The notes beneath the pieces are model-generated. The model was not told the DNA's origin, ran no database searches, and saw only the letters and a list, made by a program, of their open reading frames with translations. 32,000 bases of DNA from Candidatus Saccharimonadota bacterium. Lineage in GTDB: Bacteria; Bacteroidota; Bacteroidia; Cytophagales; Amoebophilaceae. Of this stretch, positions 1 to 8,542 are shown one piece after another. How positions within the stretch are numbered: the first letter of the stretch is position 1; the number at the start of each line of letters is the position of its first letter. The translations under genes were made by a program, and so were the position numbers. The DNA lies in the NCBI RefSeq assembly GCF_964030745.1, contig NZ_OZ034918.1, positions 60,001 to 92,000 of the forward strand. Reading direction: 5' to 3'.

Positions 1-1
1 A

Positions 2-1732
2 GATAAAATACATGTACGTCAACGTCTCATTACAAATTTTACCCATACGCAGCTTATGTTATTGGTTCAGCACCACAGTGAGGCTGGAAAATCATTAGCA
101 AGCTGTATACAGGGAAGCTATCAATTGTGGTGTGCCACACAAGGCTCATTGAGTCAATTCAATACCGCCAAACAGCTATTTTGGAATAGTGTACTCAAAA
201 CCTTACCGCAGACATCTATGGATCAAGATCATTGGCTTGCACAATTCATCACCGAATTGAGTAATATGGTAGAAATCACACCCACCACACTACTTGAAAC
301 CTTCCAACTTGTGGAGACCAAACCAAAAGAGATATCCACCTCATTACATAAGTTACAAGACAAATACCGACAAGAGATCCAGCGGCAAGCCATACAACGT
401 GGCTACAAAGCGGCTACGTTAGCCAAGCTTTATCTACTGCTCAATAGTAATCTATCACTTTTTACCCAGGAGTATCATCTATCCATGGCTACATTAGGCA
501 ACGAATTGGTGCAGTTTATGGCGGATCAACCATCTGCTGTATCAAAGCTTCTAGAAGAACAAGACAATCCTCAATTGGTAGCCAGACGGCTGGTACACTA
601 CTTTAGCCAAGAAGTTGCCAGAAAAATTATAGCCTGCTTGGCAAAAGAACAATCTCAGTTTGTTATGCATTATCTAGACCTACTGACCGATCCATTGGCA
701 CATATAGCTATACAACCAGATCCCTCTTCAACCTGGAACAAAGAACTATACATTGCTACGATAGATTATTTTATTACCCAACAGCCATTTGAAGCAACAA
801 AATTTATACATAGCACCCTAGTGACCACCCGCTATCCCAAAGAAGCGATGTATAAAATCCTGTCTTCAATTGTAGCTACAAAAGCCACTAACCAGGACAG
901 AGACAAGATAATCACTTTGCTTAAGCCCCTGGTACAGCACATCAATCAACCTACTATGCCTCAGCAGGTTTCAGTCAATCATCCATTAGCATCGCCATTG
1001 GCAACCAAGCAACAAGCCCCACTCCCAAAAGTTAGTCCACTAGAGAAAGAAGTGCGAGTCTATACCAAAAATAGTGGGTTGGTTTTTTTATGGCCCTTTT
1101 TGTATGATTTTTTTAAGGGACACCACCTTATGGTTGGCAACCAATTCTTCTGTGACCAAGCAGCCCATAATGCCGTTTATCTCTTACAATACTTAGTTAC
1201 GGGCAAACTAAAAAGCCCAGAATGGCAACTTACCCTGCCCAAACTACTGTGCGGATTATCCTACGATGAAGTATTGCTACCCTATACACCCATAGATGCA
1301 GATTGCGATACATATGATCAAGAAGCGCTAGAAACAACAGGACGAGCGTCAGCAAAACAGCCTAAACAGCCACCCACAGAACAAACAGCAGCAGATGCAT
1401 CCATATCTAGCAGTGCCATAGAAGCTATAGCCCTAAATAACCAACTGTTTATGGAAAAAGTAATCAAACGTTGGAAAAGCTTAACAAAACTCAAAGAAAT
1501 AGCTCTATACCAAAATTGTACCACTCAAGATATATTGCAAAGTTATTTTTTGAACCGGCTAGGTATTTTAACTAGACAGGAAGCCAATGATGCTACCGAA
1601 AGCAAATTTTGGCATCTAACGATTATGTATCAGGACGACGATACAGACAATGTACTCCCCCCTTGGTCTATGACCAATATTAAACTACCTTGGATGCAAG
1701 AAGCAATGATTGTATTTTGGATGCCCGGGTAG
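2..1732 (+). CDS. large hypothetical protein, 5'-truncated by the window edge; C-terminal region resembles contractile injection system (Afp14/eCIS-type) tape-measure proteins
   Basis: Frame 2 is open from position 2, with no stop before the first ATG at 56, so the gene very likely begins upstream of the window. The stop is at 1730-1732. The segment NSGLVFLWPFLYDFF ... AVYLLQYLVTGKLKSPEWQLTLPKLLCGL matches my memory of the conserved hydrophobic signature of eCIS tape-measure proteins (xGLVLLxPFLxxxF ... LLQYLVTG ... LCGL). No search was possible. Confidence 0.5.
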   Translation, partial: DKIHVRQRLITNFTHTQLMLLVQHHSEAGKSLASCIQGSYQLWCATQGSLSQFNTAKQLFWNSVLKTLPQTSMDQDHWLAQFITELSNMVEITPTTLLETFQLVETKPKEISTSLHKLQDKYRQEIQRQAIQRGYKAATLAKLYLLLNSNLSLFTQEYHLSMATLGNELVQFMADQPSAVSKLLEEQDNPQLVARRLVHYFSQEVARKIIACLAKEQSQFVMHYLDLLTDPLAHIAIQPDPSSTWNKELYIATIDYFITQQPFEATKFIHSTLVTTRYPKEAMYKILSSIVATKATNQDRDKIITLLKPLVQHINQPTMPQQVSVNHPLASPLATKQQAPLPKVSPLEKEVRVYTKNSGLVFLWPFLYDFFKGHHLMVGNQFFCDQAAHNAVYLLQYLVTGKLKSPEWQLTLPKLLCGLSYDEVLLPYTPIDADCDTYDQEALETTGRASAKQPKQPPTEQTAADASISSSAIEAIALNNQLFMEKVIKRWKSLTKLKEIALYQNCTTQDILQSYFLNRLGILTRQEANDATESKFWHLTIMYQDDDTDNVLPPWSMTNIKLPWMQEAMIVFWMPG

Positions 1733-1839
1733 GATCAAACCCCATGTAGTGATTTTATATACAATATATACTTTTATTAAGCATTAAAAATGCGTCTTAT
1801 ACTTGTAATTATTAAAATCGTTTTGTAATATCACATTGT

Positions 1840-1872
1840 ATAGCCTGGTGTAGGCCAGTAGGCTATTTTTAT
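1840..1872 (+). terminator. putative intrinsic terminator downstream of the 2..1732 gene
   Basis: Hairpin atagcctgg-tgtagg-ccagtaggctat is followed directly by a T-run (tttttat), about 110 nt after the stop codon. Confidence 0.45.
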
Positions 1873-1926
1873 AAAAATATTATCTTTATTGTAGATATTA
1901 ACTCATTAAATTAATTCATTTTTGTC

Positions 1927-3801
1927 ATGTTGTATAAAAAAATAACCTTGCCGCTTTTGCCATTTGCCGGGTTGCTCATAGTCTCGAGTTGTGACAATGG
2001 TAATCAGGCTTCTGTTTCGGTCATTCCAGATAATCATAAAGATAGTAATAGCCGTAAGGAGCTACAGGGATCGCTTGATGCTTATAAAGCATTAGGAAGT
2101 CTCAGTTATGAAGAGGGTAAGCAATCATCTTTTCTACTTCAAGTTAAGGGCCGCATATCTAGTAAAAATCATCAATTAACAGGCCAAGTGGGTTTTGTAT
2201 TGCTTCCAAGCAGTGGTGCGTTGAAGGATGATTCGCCCATAATGAAAAATGCCATAAAGGTCAAAGATCAGAATAAAAAGTTAATACCTCAAGGGGAGGG
2301 CGTTTTTGTTTATTGGGATAAGATAGGTAAAATTACCGCTGGTACAGTAAACCACATTATTCGACTAGAAGAAGCGGCATATAAAAAACTAACTTCAAAA
2401 AAATATCAGTTATGTATGGTATATGCACCAAGCGGTGCAGCTGGCATAAATGAGGTAGTTGCTACTATCCCAATGGATCTTACAGGAAGGGATTCATCGC
2501 TACCAGTATATCGAGGTATTGGTCTGAAAGCTCTAGATCCTACTGAAAAGCAATTAAACGATGATCAAGGTTGGGCCTTAAAAGGTGCAATAGGTGAGTC
2601 CTTCAAAGCTGGTGCGCAAGTAGGGTTTATCTTAGTCAAAGATGGGGTTAACCCTTATGGTTTGGTTCAGCAAGTAATAGCCTCTGAAAATAAGTGGCCT
2701 ACTGGCATTACATCGTTTAGTGGTGATATGATTATGATTCCAGTCGATAAATTGAGAGATCTGGATCCTCCTATAATAATGGATTTTCCACAAAACGAAG
2801 CGCCTATTCAAGGTGGAAAATTTAATCTACATTGTTATTGGACTCGAAATGGACATTATTATTTGAGTCAAGTTGAAGACACTTCCCCTCCTTCAATTAC
2901 ATTTACGGGCAGTAAACATAGTTTAAAAGTATCAGCTCTAAAGCTTGTCCGTGAGCAACTATCGGGTCAGGTTCAAAATGTTAAACTATCTGGTGGTGCA
3001 GTTGAATATTCCGTTAATGGTCAAGCAGCAGAAATTCCTGCTGGTCAACAACCTGCTTTAGTCGTTGTTAAAGACGATGCTGTTTGGAGAAGTTCTACAC
3101 TTGTAGATCTGCGTAAAAAATCGCTTGAATCCAATAGCAATGTCAGTATAACAGATGATAGAACCATTTGCCTTATTGCAGATGTGAATAAGCCGTTAGA
3201 TCAATCTTGTATCGATTTCTTTAGCAAAGGAACAGATTATCAATATTTTGCCTGCTTATTTTCTACAGACGATTATAAGCTTAAGTTCTATACACAAAAA
3301 CAGCAAGTTGATATAGAAACAACTGAAGTAGGTAAAACGGCTCAACCAAAGGAAGAGTCCAAAGTTGATAAGTTAAAGATAACGTTAGATAATACAGGGG
3401 CGAATATTACTGTGAAGTATAAAACCTTAGTTATATTCGGATCAAGTGGGGCTACCTATACACTGCCTAAGGTTAATCTAGAACCTAGTGACTTTGATAC
3501 AAATAACATTCCACAACGTGGCTTTTTAATAACTAAAAACTTGGAAGGAGGAGCTGCACCAACAATAGCTAACTTTAGTGATAAGATTCAAAAATTTATT
3601 GATGATAGCAAAGGGGTAGACCATGATAAGTCTAACCAAACTGTGATCTTTAGAGAAGATAATCAAAATGATCTAAAGGAAATTTTGTATGATGCATACA
3701 ATAGTGAGAAGAAAGGTAAATATACTTTGGTGATTGGTTATTGGGCGCAATACAAAGATCAGATTATATGGAGCGAGCCAGTAAGTATAGAGCTTAAGTA
3801 G
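1927..3801 (+). CDS. hypothetical lipoprotein built from four tandem divergent modules of about 145 aa
   Basis: ATG start. N-terminus MLYKKITLPLLPFAGLLIVSSC carries a signal peptide and a lipobox Cys. Four-fold internal periodicity: strand-like motifs QVGFVLLP / QVGFILVK / PALVVVKD / RGFLITKN are each followed 62-72 residues later by KKYQLCMVYAPSG / GKFNLHCYWTRNG / TDYQYFACLFSTD / GKYTLVIGYWAQY. Confidence 0.8.
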   Translation: MLYKKITLPLLPFAGLLIVSSCDNGNQASVSVIPDNHKDSNSRKELQGSLDAYKALGSLSYEEGKQSSFLLQVKGRISSKNHQLTGQVGFVLLPSSGALKDDSPIMKNAIKVKDQNKKLIPQGEGVFVYWDKIGKITAGTVNHIIRLEEAAYKKLTSKKYQLCMVYAPSGAAGINEVVATIPMDLTGRDSSLPVYRGIGLKALDPTEKQLNDDQGWALKGAIGESFKAGAQVGFILVKDGVNPYGLVQQVIASENKWPTGITSFSGDMIMIPVDKLRDLDPPIIMDFPQNEAPIQGGKFNLHCYWTRNGHYYLSQVEDTSPPSITFTGSKHSLKVSALKLVREQLSGQVQNVKLSGGAVEYSVNGQAAEIPAGQQPALVVVKDDAVWRSSTLVDLRKKSLESNSNVSITDDRTICLIADVNKPLDQSCIDFFSKGTDYQYFACLFSTDDYKLKFYTQKQQVDIETTEVGKTAQPKEESKVDKLKITLDNTGANITVKYKTLVIFGSSGATYTLPKVNLEPSDFDTNNIPQRGFLITKNLEGGAAPTIANFSDKIQKFIDDSKGVDHDKSNQTVIFREDNQNDLKEILYDAYNSEKKGKYTLVIGYWAQYKDQIIWSEPVSIELK

Positions 3802-3841
3802 AAATAACACTGAATGCAATGCTCCATTAATATAAAATATG

Positions 3842-3878
3842 TGGATTGAGTGGGAAACTGAGTTTTCCACTCAATCCA
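3842..3878. terminator. bidirectional hairpin between convergent genes
   Basis: tggattgagtgggaaa-ctgag-ttttccactcaatcca forms a stem of about 15 bp with one mismatch. It sits between the stop of 1927..3801 (+) and the stop of 3905..5170 (-). Confidence 0.6.
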
Positions 3879-3904
3879 TTACCACTGCTAAGATTGGATT
3901 ATAG

Positions 3905-5170
3905 CTAAAACTTCAAATTATTTTTGAAGTCTTCCAGTAGTCTGGTATATTCTCGAAGCACAGTATCCTTTTCTATACCTATATTAATCAATGCTGTATA
4001 CAGATCAATTCTATGTATTGCCATATCTGCATAAGCTTTTATATCCTTTAAGTTGCTTGTTGACCTAATGATCTTGCTGTTGTGCGGGAGCATCATGCTG
4101 ATGTAACTTCTTAATTTGCCTTTTAGCCTAGATACTTTGATATCTGTTTTAGGAAGCGTGATGCCCTTGTAACATAAGTCAAAGTAAAAAAGTAGTCTAC
4201 AGCCATTGTAAATGTACATAGTATGAATCAACTTATTGATATTCTTTTTTATTGGATTAATATCTTTTTCAACAGATTGAACAGCTAGATCATTTTTTTT
4301 TTGTATAGGATCCTTTTTTCTCAAGGATGCAAGCTTATTTTGAATAAACGTAAGACCTCTATTACATTTTTTTTGAGCCGGGCCTTTTTCTATAAGCGAT
4401 CTAATTTCTTGTTCCATACAAGTAAGCAACTCATCACCTTTTATTTGAATAGAATCATAATATTTAGATTTTAATCTATAAAAACCTTGCAGGCATTCAC
4501 CTATAGAAGTTTCACCAGCCCTTATATTGTTTTTTTTTAGATATTTTTTATTGTATTTGAACCTTAAAGCTATAAATTTCTCTATAGCTTTTTTACTTTT
4601 CTTCATAACATAGGGGCTTTGATCTATAATCTGCTCCTTAATGCTGTTAAGCACCACCTTACCCAATTCCTTTATTAACTCATTATGATTATTAGGTGGC
4701 TCAGCATCATAAGGATGCTGGTAAGTAGCTTCCCAATATTGCTTAGGTACAACATGTTTAGCCTCCAAGTTAGGGTTAACTTTATCACAGAGCTTATCGC
4801 GTAATGAATTATATGTCTCCTGATTATCGTCCCGACCCGAAGATTGGATAGTTTTATCCTGTTTAAAAATATAGTTTAAATAATTACTAGAAAACAGATG
4901 GTATAGTTGACGGACCAAATGATTATCATTACTGGCTTGTTCCTTATTAAGTCGAATCAGCTCCTTAAAATGTTTCCCTATATTTTCCGTAAAATCATTT
5001 ATGAACTTAGCAATAGGTTGATTGGAGGTATCATCAGAAGAACAACCTGTGTTTTTTCCATGAGCATTACCATCCATATTGCGTTGACCCAAATTGAAAC
5101 GATTGCATGATATAAAGGATAACAAACTGGTAAGGCCAGATAGACAGACAAATCGCATATTAATTTTCAT
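3905..5170 (-). CDS. hypothetical lipoprotein, Lys-rich and helical
   Basis: 421-codon ORF with an ATG at 5168-5170. N-terminus MKINMRFVCLSGLTSLLSFISC carries a signal peptide and a lipobox Cys. I recognise no family. Confidence 0.7.
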   Translation of the reverse strand: MKINMRFVCLSGLTSLLSFISCNRFNLGQRNMDGNAHGKNTGCSSDDTSNQPIAKFINDFTENIGKHFKELIRLNKEQASNDNHLVRQLYHLFSSNYLNYIFKQDKTIQSSGRDDNQETYNSLRDKLCDKVNPNLEAKHVVPKQYWEATYQHPYDAEPPNNHNELIKELGKVVLNSIKEQIIDQSPYVMKKSKKAIEKFIALRFKYNKKYLKKNNIRAGETSIGECLQGFYRLKSKYYDSIQIKGDELLTCMEQEIRSLIEKGPAQKKCNRGLTFIQNKLASLRKKDPIQKKNDLAVQSVEKDINPIKKNINKLIHTMYIYNGCRLLFYFDLCYKGITLPKTDIKVSRLKGKLRSYISMMLPHNSKIIRSTSNLKDIKAYADMAIHRIDLYTALINIGIEKDTVLREYTRLLEDFKNNLKF

Positions 5171-5268
5171 GACACTTAAGTTTAATAAATCAATTTTTTA
5201 AATAAGCAAGGATAGGGGGCTACAGTCTCTACTATTGAATCACCTTTACTTAAGTATAAAAATTTTAA

Positions 5269-5347
5269 ATATACTGGACTGAAGCAATGGGAAAAAATAG
5301 AAAATAAAATGAAGGAAAAGTTGTCCTAAGCAACCAGTCCAGTATAT
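5269..5347. repeat. 79-bp element bounded by perfect 13-bp inverted repeats; also the first copy of a direct repeat of about 60 bp
   Basis: atatactggactg (5269-5281) is the exact reverse complement of cagtccagtatat (5335-5347). The interior gcaatgggaaaaaatagaaaataaaatgaaggaaaagttgtcctaagcaaccagtccagtata (5284-5346) recurs at 5410-5469. Confidence 0.75.
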
Positions 5348-5409
5348 TCTAGCATTAACTATCAAAAACCTATGAACGTATATCTTAACCATTTAAAAAT
5401 GGTAGGCTA

Positions 5410-5469
5410 GCAAATGGGAAAAAATAGAAAATAAAATGAAGAAAAAGGTGTCCTAAAAAACCAGTCCAG
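5410..5469. repeat. second copy of the direct repeat of about 60 bp, interrupted at its 3' end by the IS256-family element
   Basis: gcaaatgggaaaaaatagaaaataaaatgaagaaaaaggtgtcctaaaaaaccagtccag closely matches 5284-5343. The missing tail (ccagtccag)tataaag resumes at 6815-6830, after the IS. Confidence 0.75.
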
Positions 5470-6814
5470 GAGTCTGTCTTTTAAAGTGTGTAAATAATTT
5501 TTAGGTTGTATATTCTTGAGCGTATATTTTACCCATTAAATTTATTTACACCGATGAAAAGAAAAGAGACACCCAAAGACGGCATAAGCAAGGCTATAGA
5601 TGTACTTGTAGACTCAGGCGTAGACCTCTCGACCCTATTTGATCAAGACGGTTTACTCAAACAATTAAGTAAGCGTCTTGTAGAAAAAGCATTAGAGTCA
5701 GAAATGGATAGCCATTTAGGCTATAACAAGCATGCTCGTAGTGATTCAGAGAATGCACGTAATGGATTATCCAGCAAGCAAGTTGTCACTGATAATGGGG
5801 TTATATCGGTTGAAGTTCCAAGAGATAGATCCTCTACTTTTGAACCTGTTTTATTACCTAAACGTCAAACAAGAATTCCTGGTCTAGATGACAAGATCTT
5901 ATCTCTGTATGCTAAAGGTATGAGCCTATCAGATATTCAGATTCAAATACAGGAATTATATGGTGCAGAAGTTAGTGAAAGCCTCATAAGTAACATCACA
6001 GATTCTGTTATTGAAGATGTTAAGATATGGCAAAATCGCCCATTAGAATCAGTCTATCCTATTGTTTTTTTTGATTGTTTTGTAGTTAAAGTTAGACAAG
6101 ATAAACGTATCATCAACAAGGCAGTCTATGTTGCTTTAGGTATAGATAGATCTGGCATAAAGGATGTTTTAGGTCTGTGGATGAGTGAAAATGAAGGAGC
6201 TAAATTTTGGTTAGGCAATTTAACAGAACTCAAAAATCGGGGTATGAACGATATGCTCATTGCATGTACAGATAACCTGCCAGGTATGTCTGAGGCAATC
6301 GCTGCTGTATACCCTAAAACAGATCACCAACTCTGTATTGTTCATGCCATTAGGAATAGTTTACAATATGTTTCTTATAAACATAGAAAGACATTAGCTG
6401 CTGATTTAAAGCCAATTTATACGGCAGTTACGGAAGAAGAAGCCCTGATGGCATTAGAAACTTTTGCTACTAAGTGGGACAAACAATACCCACAAATAGC
6501 CAAGTCTTGGTATGCTAATTGGAATAATCTGATCGTGTTTTTACAATATCCTAGTGCCATACGTAGGGTCATTTACACAACCAATGCCGTCGAATCTGTA
6601 AATAGCCAATTTCGTAGAGTTACCAAAAATAAAAGGGTCTTTCCTAACGATATAGCTGTGTTTAAAACATTATATTTAACTATTAACTACATGACTAGAA
6701 AATGGACCAGCTCGGTTCAAAATTGGAGTGAGGCTATGGCTCATTTTTTAATTAAATTCGAAAACAGAATCTAAAAACACTAAAAAATTATTTACACACT
6801 TAACTGGACAGAGC
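5470..6814 (+). mobile_element. IS256-family insertion sequence (about 1345 bp) with imperfect terminal inverted repeats and a 9-bp target duplication
   Basis: The left end gagtctgtcttttaaagtgtgtaaataatttttag and the reverse complement of the right end gctctgtccagttaagtgtgtaaataattttttag are imperfect inverted repeats. Direct repeat ccagtccag lies at 5461-5469 and 6815-6823. The element carries a single Mutator-type transposase ORF. Confidence 0.85.
5554..6774 (+). CDS. IS256-family (Mutator-type) transposase
   Basis: The protein has the typical IS256 layout: ALESEMDSHLGY...NGxxxKxVxTxxGxIxVxVPRDRxSTFEPxLLPKRQTR, then LSLYAKGMSLSDIQ, then the DDE region (VFFDCFVVKV ... ACTDNLPGMSEAI ... TTNAVESVN). 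The ATG at 5554 (MKRKETPKDG) is preferred over the TTG at 5506 listed in the ORF track. Confidence 0.9.
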   Translation: MKRKETPKDGISKAIDVLVDSGVDLSTLFDQDGLLKQLSKRLVEKALESEMDSHLGYNKHARSDSENARNGLSSKQVVTDNGVISVEVPRDRSSTFEPVLLPKRQTRIPGLDDKILSLYAKGMSLSDIQIQIQELYGAEVSESLISNITDSVIEDVKIWQNRPLESVYPIVFFDCFVVKVRQDKRIINKAVYVALGIDRSGIKDVLGLWMSENEGAKFWLGNLTELKNRGMNDMLIACTDNLPGMSEAIAAVYPKTDHQLCIVHAIRNSLQYVSYKHRKTLAADLKPIYTAVTEEEALMALETFATKWDKQYPQIAKSWYANWNNLIVFLQYPSAIRRVIYTTNAVESVNSQFRRVTKNKRVFPNDIAVFKTLYLTINYMTRKWTSSVQNWSEAMAHFLIKFENRI

Positions 6815-6938
6815 CCAGTCCAGTATAAAGATAATTATAGCCAATCAAAAAAAGTTTAGCAAAAACCATCCTCTATTGTTAAATAAACTCTGCCTTCGAC
6901 AGTTCTTTATCAGATTTATAAACACGATGGTAATGAGT

Positions 6939-8128
6939 TGTAGTAGTTGATATTTAATCTGACATTTATTAATTTGTGTTGATATAAATACCGACTACTA
7001 TTATGAATTTACATCAAAAAATCATCAAGCCGAAAGTAGGCTTATTGGAGCTAGCAAAAACGTTGGGGAACATTTCATCGGCGTGTAAAACTATGGGTTA
7101 TAGTAGAGATAGCTATTATCGCTTCAAAGCCTTGTATGAAACAGGCGGTCAAGAGGCTTTACAAGAGATAAGCCGTAGGAAGCCGATTATGGCTAATAGA
7201 GTAGATCCTAGTATAGAAAAAGCAGTAGTAGATATGGCGATAGATTATCCAGCCTATGGCCAGCTTAGAGTATCTAATGAACTAAAGCAACAAGGTATCC
7301 TGGTCTCTCCTGGCGGTGTCAGGTCTATCTGGTTACGTAATGACTTAAATAATATAAAAAAACGTCTTAAAGCCTTAGAAGCTAAAATGGCTCAAGATGG
7401 CCTTGTTTTAACGGAATCTCAGCTATCCGCATTAGAAAAACGTAAGCATGAACAAGAAGCATGTGGAGAAATAGATACAGAACACCCTGGTTATTTAGGC
7501 TGTCAAGATACTTATTACGTTGGTAACTTTAAAGGGATAGGTAAGGTTTATACGCAAGTATTTATAGATAGTTATTCTCGGGTAGCTCATGCAAAACTCT
7601 ATACTGATAAGACAGCCTTGACAGCTGCTGATATGTTAAATGATAGAGTATTGCCTTGGTATCAAGAACAAAGCATACCCCTCTTGCGCATTCTAACAGA
7701 TCGTGGTACTGAGTATAAAGGTAAAATAGAGCATCATGCCTTTGAGTTGTTTTTAAGCATAGAAGGCATAGAACATACTGTTACTAAAGCCTATTCACCG
7801 CAAACCAACGGGTTCTGTGAGCGGTTTAATAAAACGATGAAACAGGAATTCTTTGATACAGCTATGCGTAAGAAGATCTATACAGACCTGGATGTCTTGA
7901 AACAAGATTTAGATAGCTGGTTACATTATTATAATCATGAGCGACCACATTCTGGAAAGTACTGTTACGGTAAAACGCCTATACAAACTTGGGAAGATAG
8001 TAAAAAACTAGCCTTTGAAAAAAATAATCAAATCGCGTATCTTAAGAGCATACCTGACAAACTAAACTTAACTGACATCTATACAGTCTAATTTTTACTG
8101 CCTGTCAGATTAAATATCAACTACTACA
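6939..8128 (+). mobile_element. IS481-family insertion sequence, copy 1, intact (1190 bp)
   Basis: Perfect 26-bp terminal inverted repeats: tgtagtagttgatatttaatctgaca (6939-6964) and tgtcagattaaatatcaactactaca (8103-8128). A 7-bp direct repeat aatgagt flanks the element at 6932-6938 and 8129-8135. Confidence 0.9.
7003..8091 (+). CDS. IS481-family transposase (HTH plus rve/DDE integrase core)
   Basis: 362-aa single ORF. N-terminal HTH ([36 protein letters not shown]). Integrase-core motifs follow: DTYYVG...[44 protein letters not shown]. Confidence 0.9.
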   Translation: MNLHQKIIKPKVGLLELAKTLGNISSACKTMGYSRDSYYRFKALYETGGQEALQEISRRKPIMANRVDPSIEKAVVDMAIDYPAYGQLRVSNELKQQGILVSPGGVRSIWLRNDLNNIKKRLKALEAKMAQDGLVLTESQLSALEKRKHEQEACGEIDTEHPGYLGCQDTYYVGNFKGIGKVYTQVFIDSYSRVAHAKLYTDKTALTAADMLNDRVLPWYQEQSIPLLRILTDRGTEYKGKIEHHAFELFLSIEGIEHTVTKAYSPQTNGFCERFNKTMKQEFFDTAMRKKIYTDLDVLKQDLDSWLHYYNHERPHSGKYCYGKTPIQTWEDSKKLAFEKNNQIAYLKSIPDKLNLTDIYTV

Positions 8129-8542
8129 AATGAGTATTTTTTGTATTTCACATATCTATTCTAAATTCCCGATTTGTTATATAAGTTATATTATGTTAAA
8201 TAGAAAAAAGTGGCCGTTAGAGGCAGTGGTGTTAAACAATCATGTATGATCTGCCTGTTTCTTTATATTTAGTGATGTGTAGTACGGCATACTGTATGGG
8301 TTGTATCGTATATTGCTGCATATTAATCATGGGAAATTTCTTTCCCCTGTGCTTGTTGATTTGATCTTAACGCAATTGTAGCATATGAAATATGCGTAGA
8401 TACACTTTACGTAGTAAAGTATAGTGTGCTATACTTTTAAAAAAGTACCGACGTTTTTAATATAAACTGTAAGGGAAAAAATAGTTGTATGCTCCGAAGT
8501 AGTGTTGCGTTGTTTTAATAAAATTCTATACAGTGGATGAGC

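Noticed and set aside
3673-3870. 65-aa minus-strand ORF overlapping the 3' end of the 624-aa lipoprotein gene
   Set aside because: It is antisense to a well-supported CDS and extends into the bidirectional terminator hairpin. Its composition is typical of a shadow ORF.
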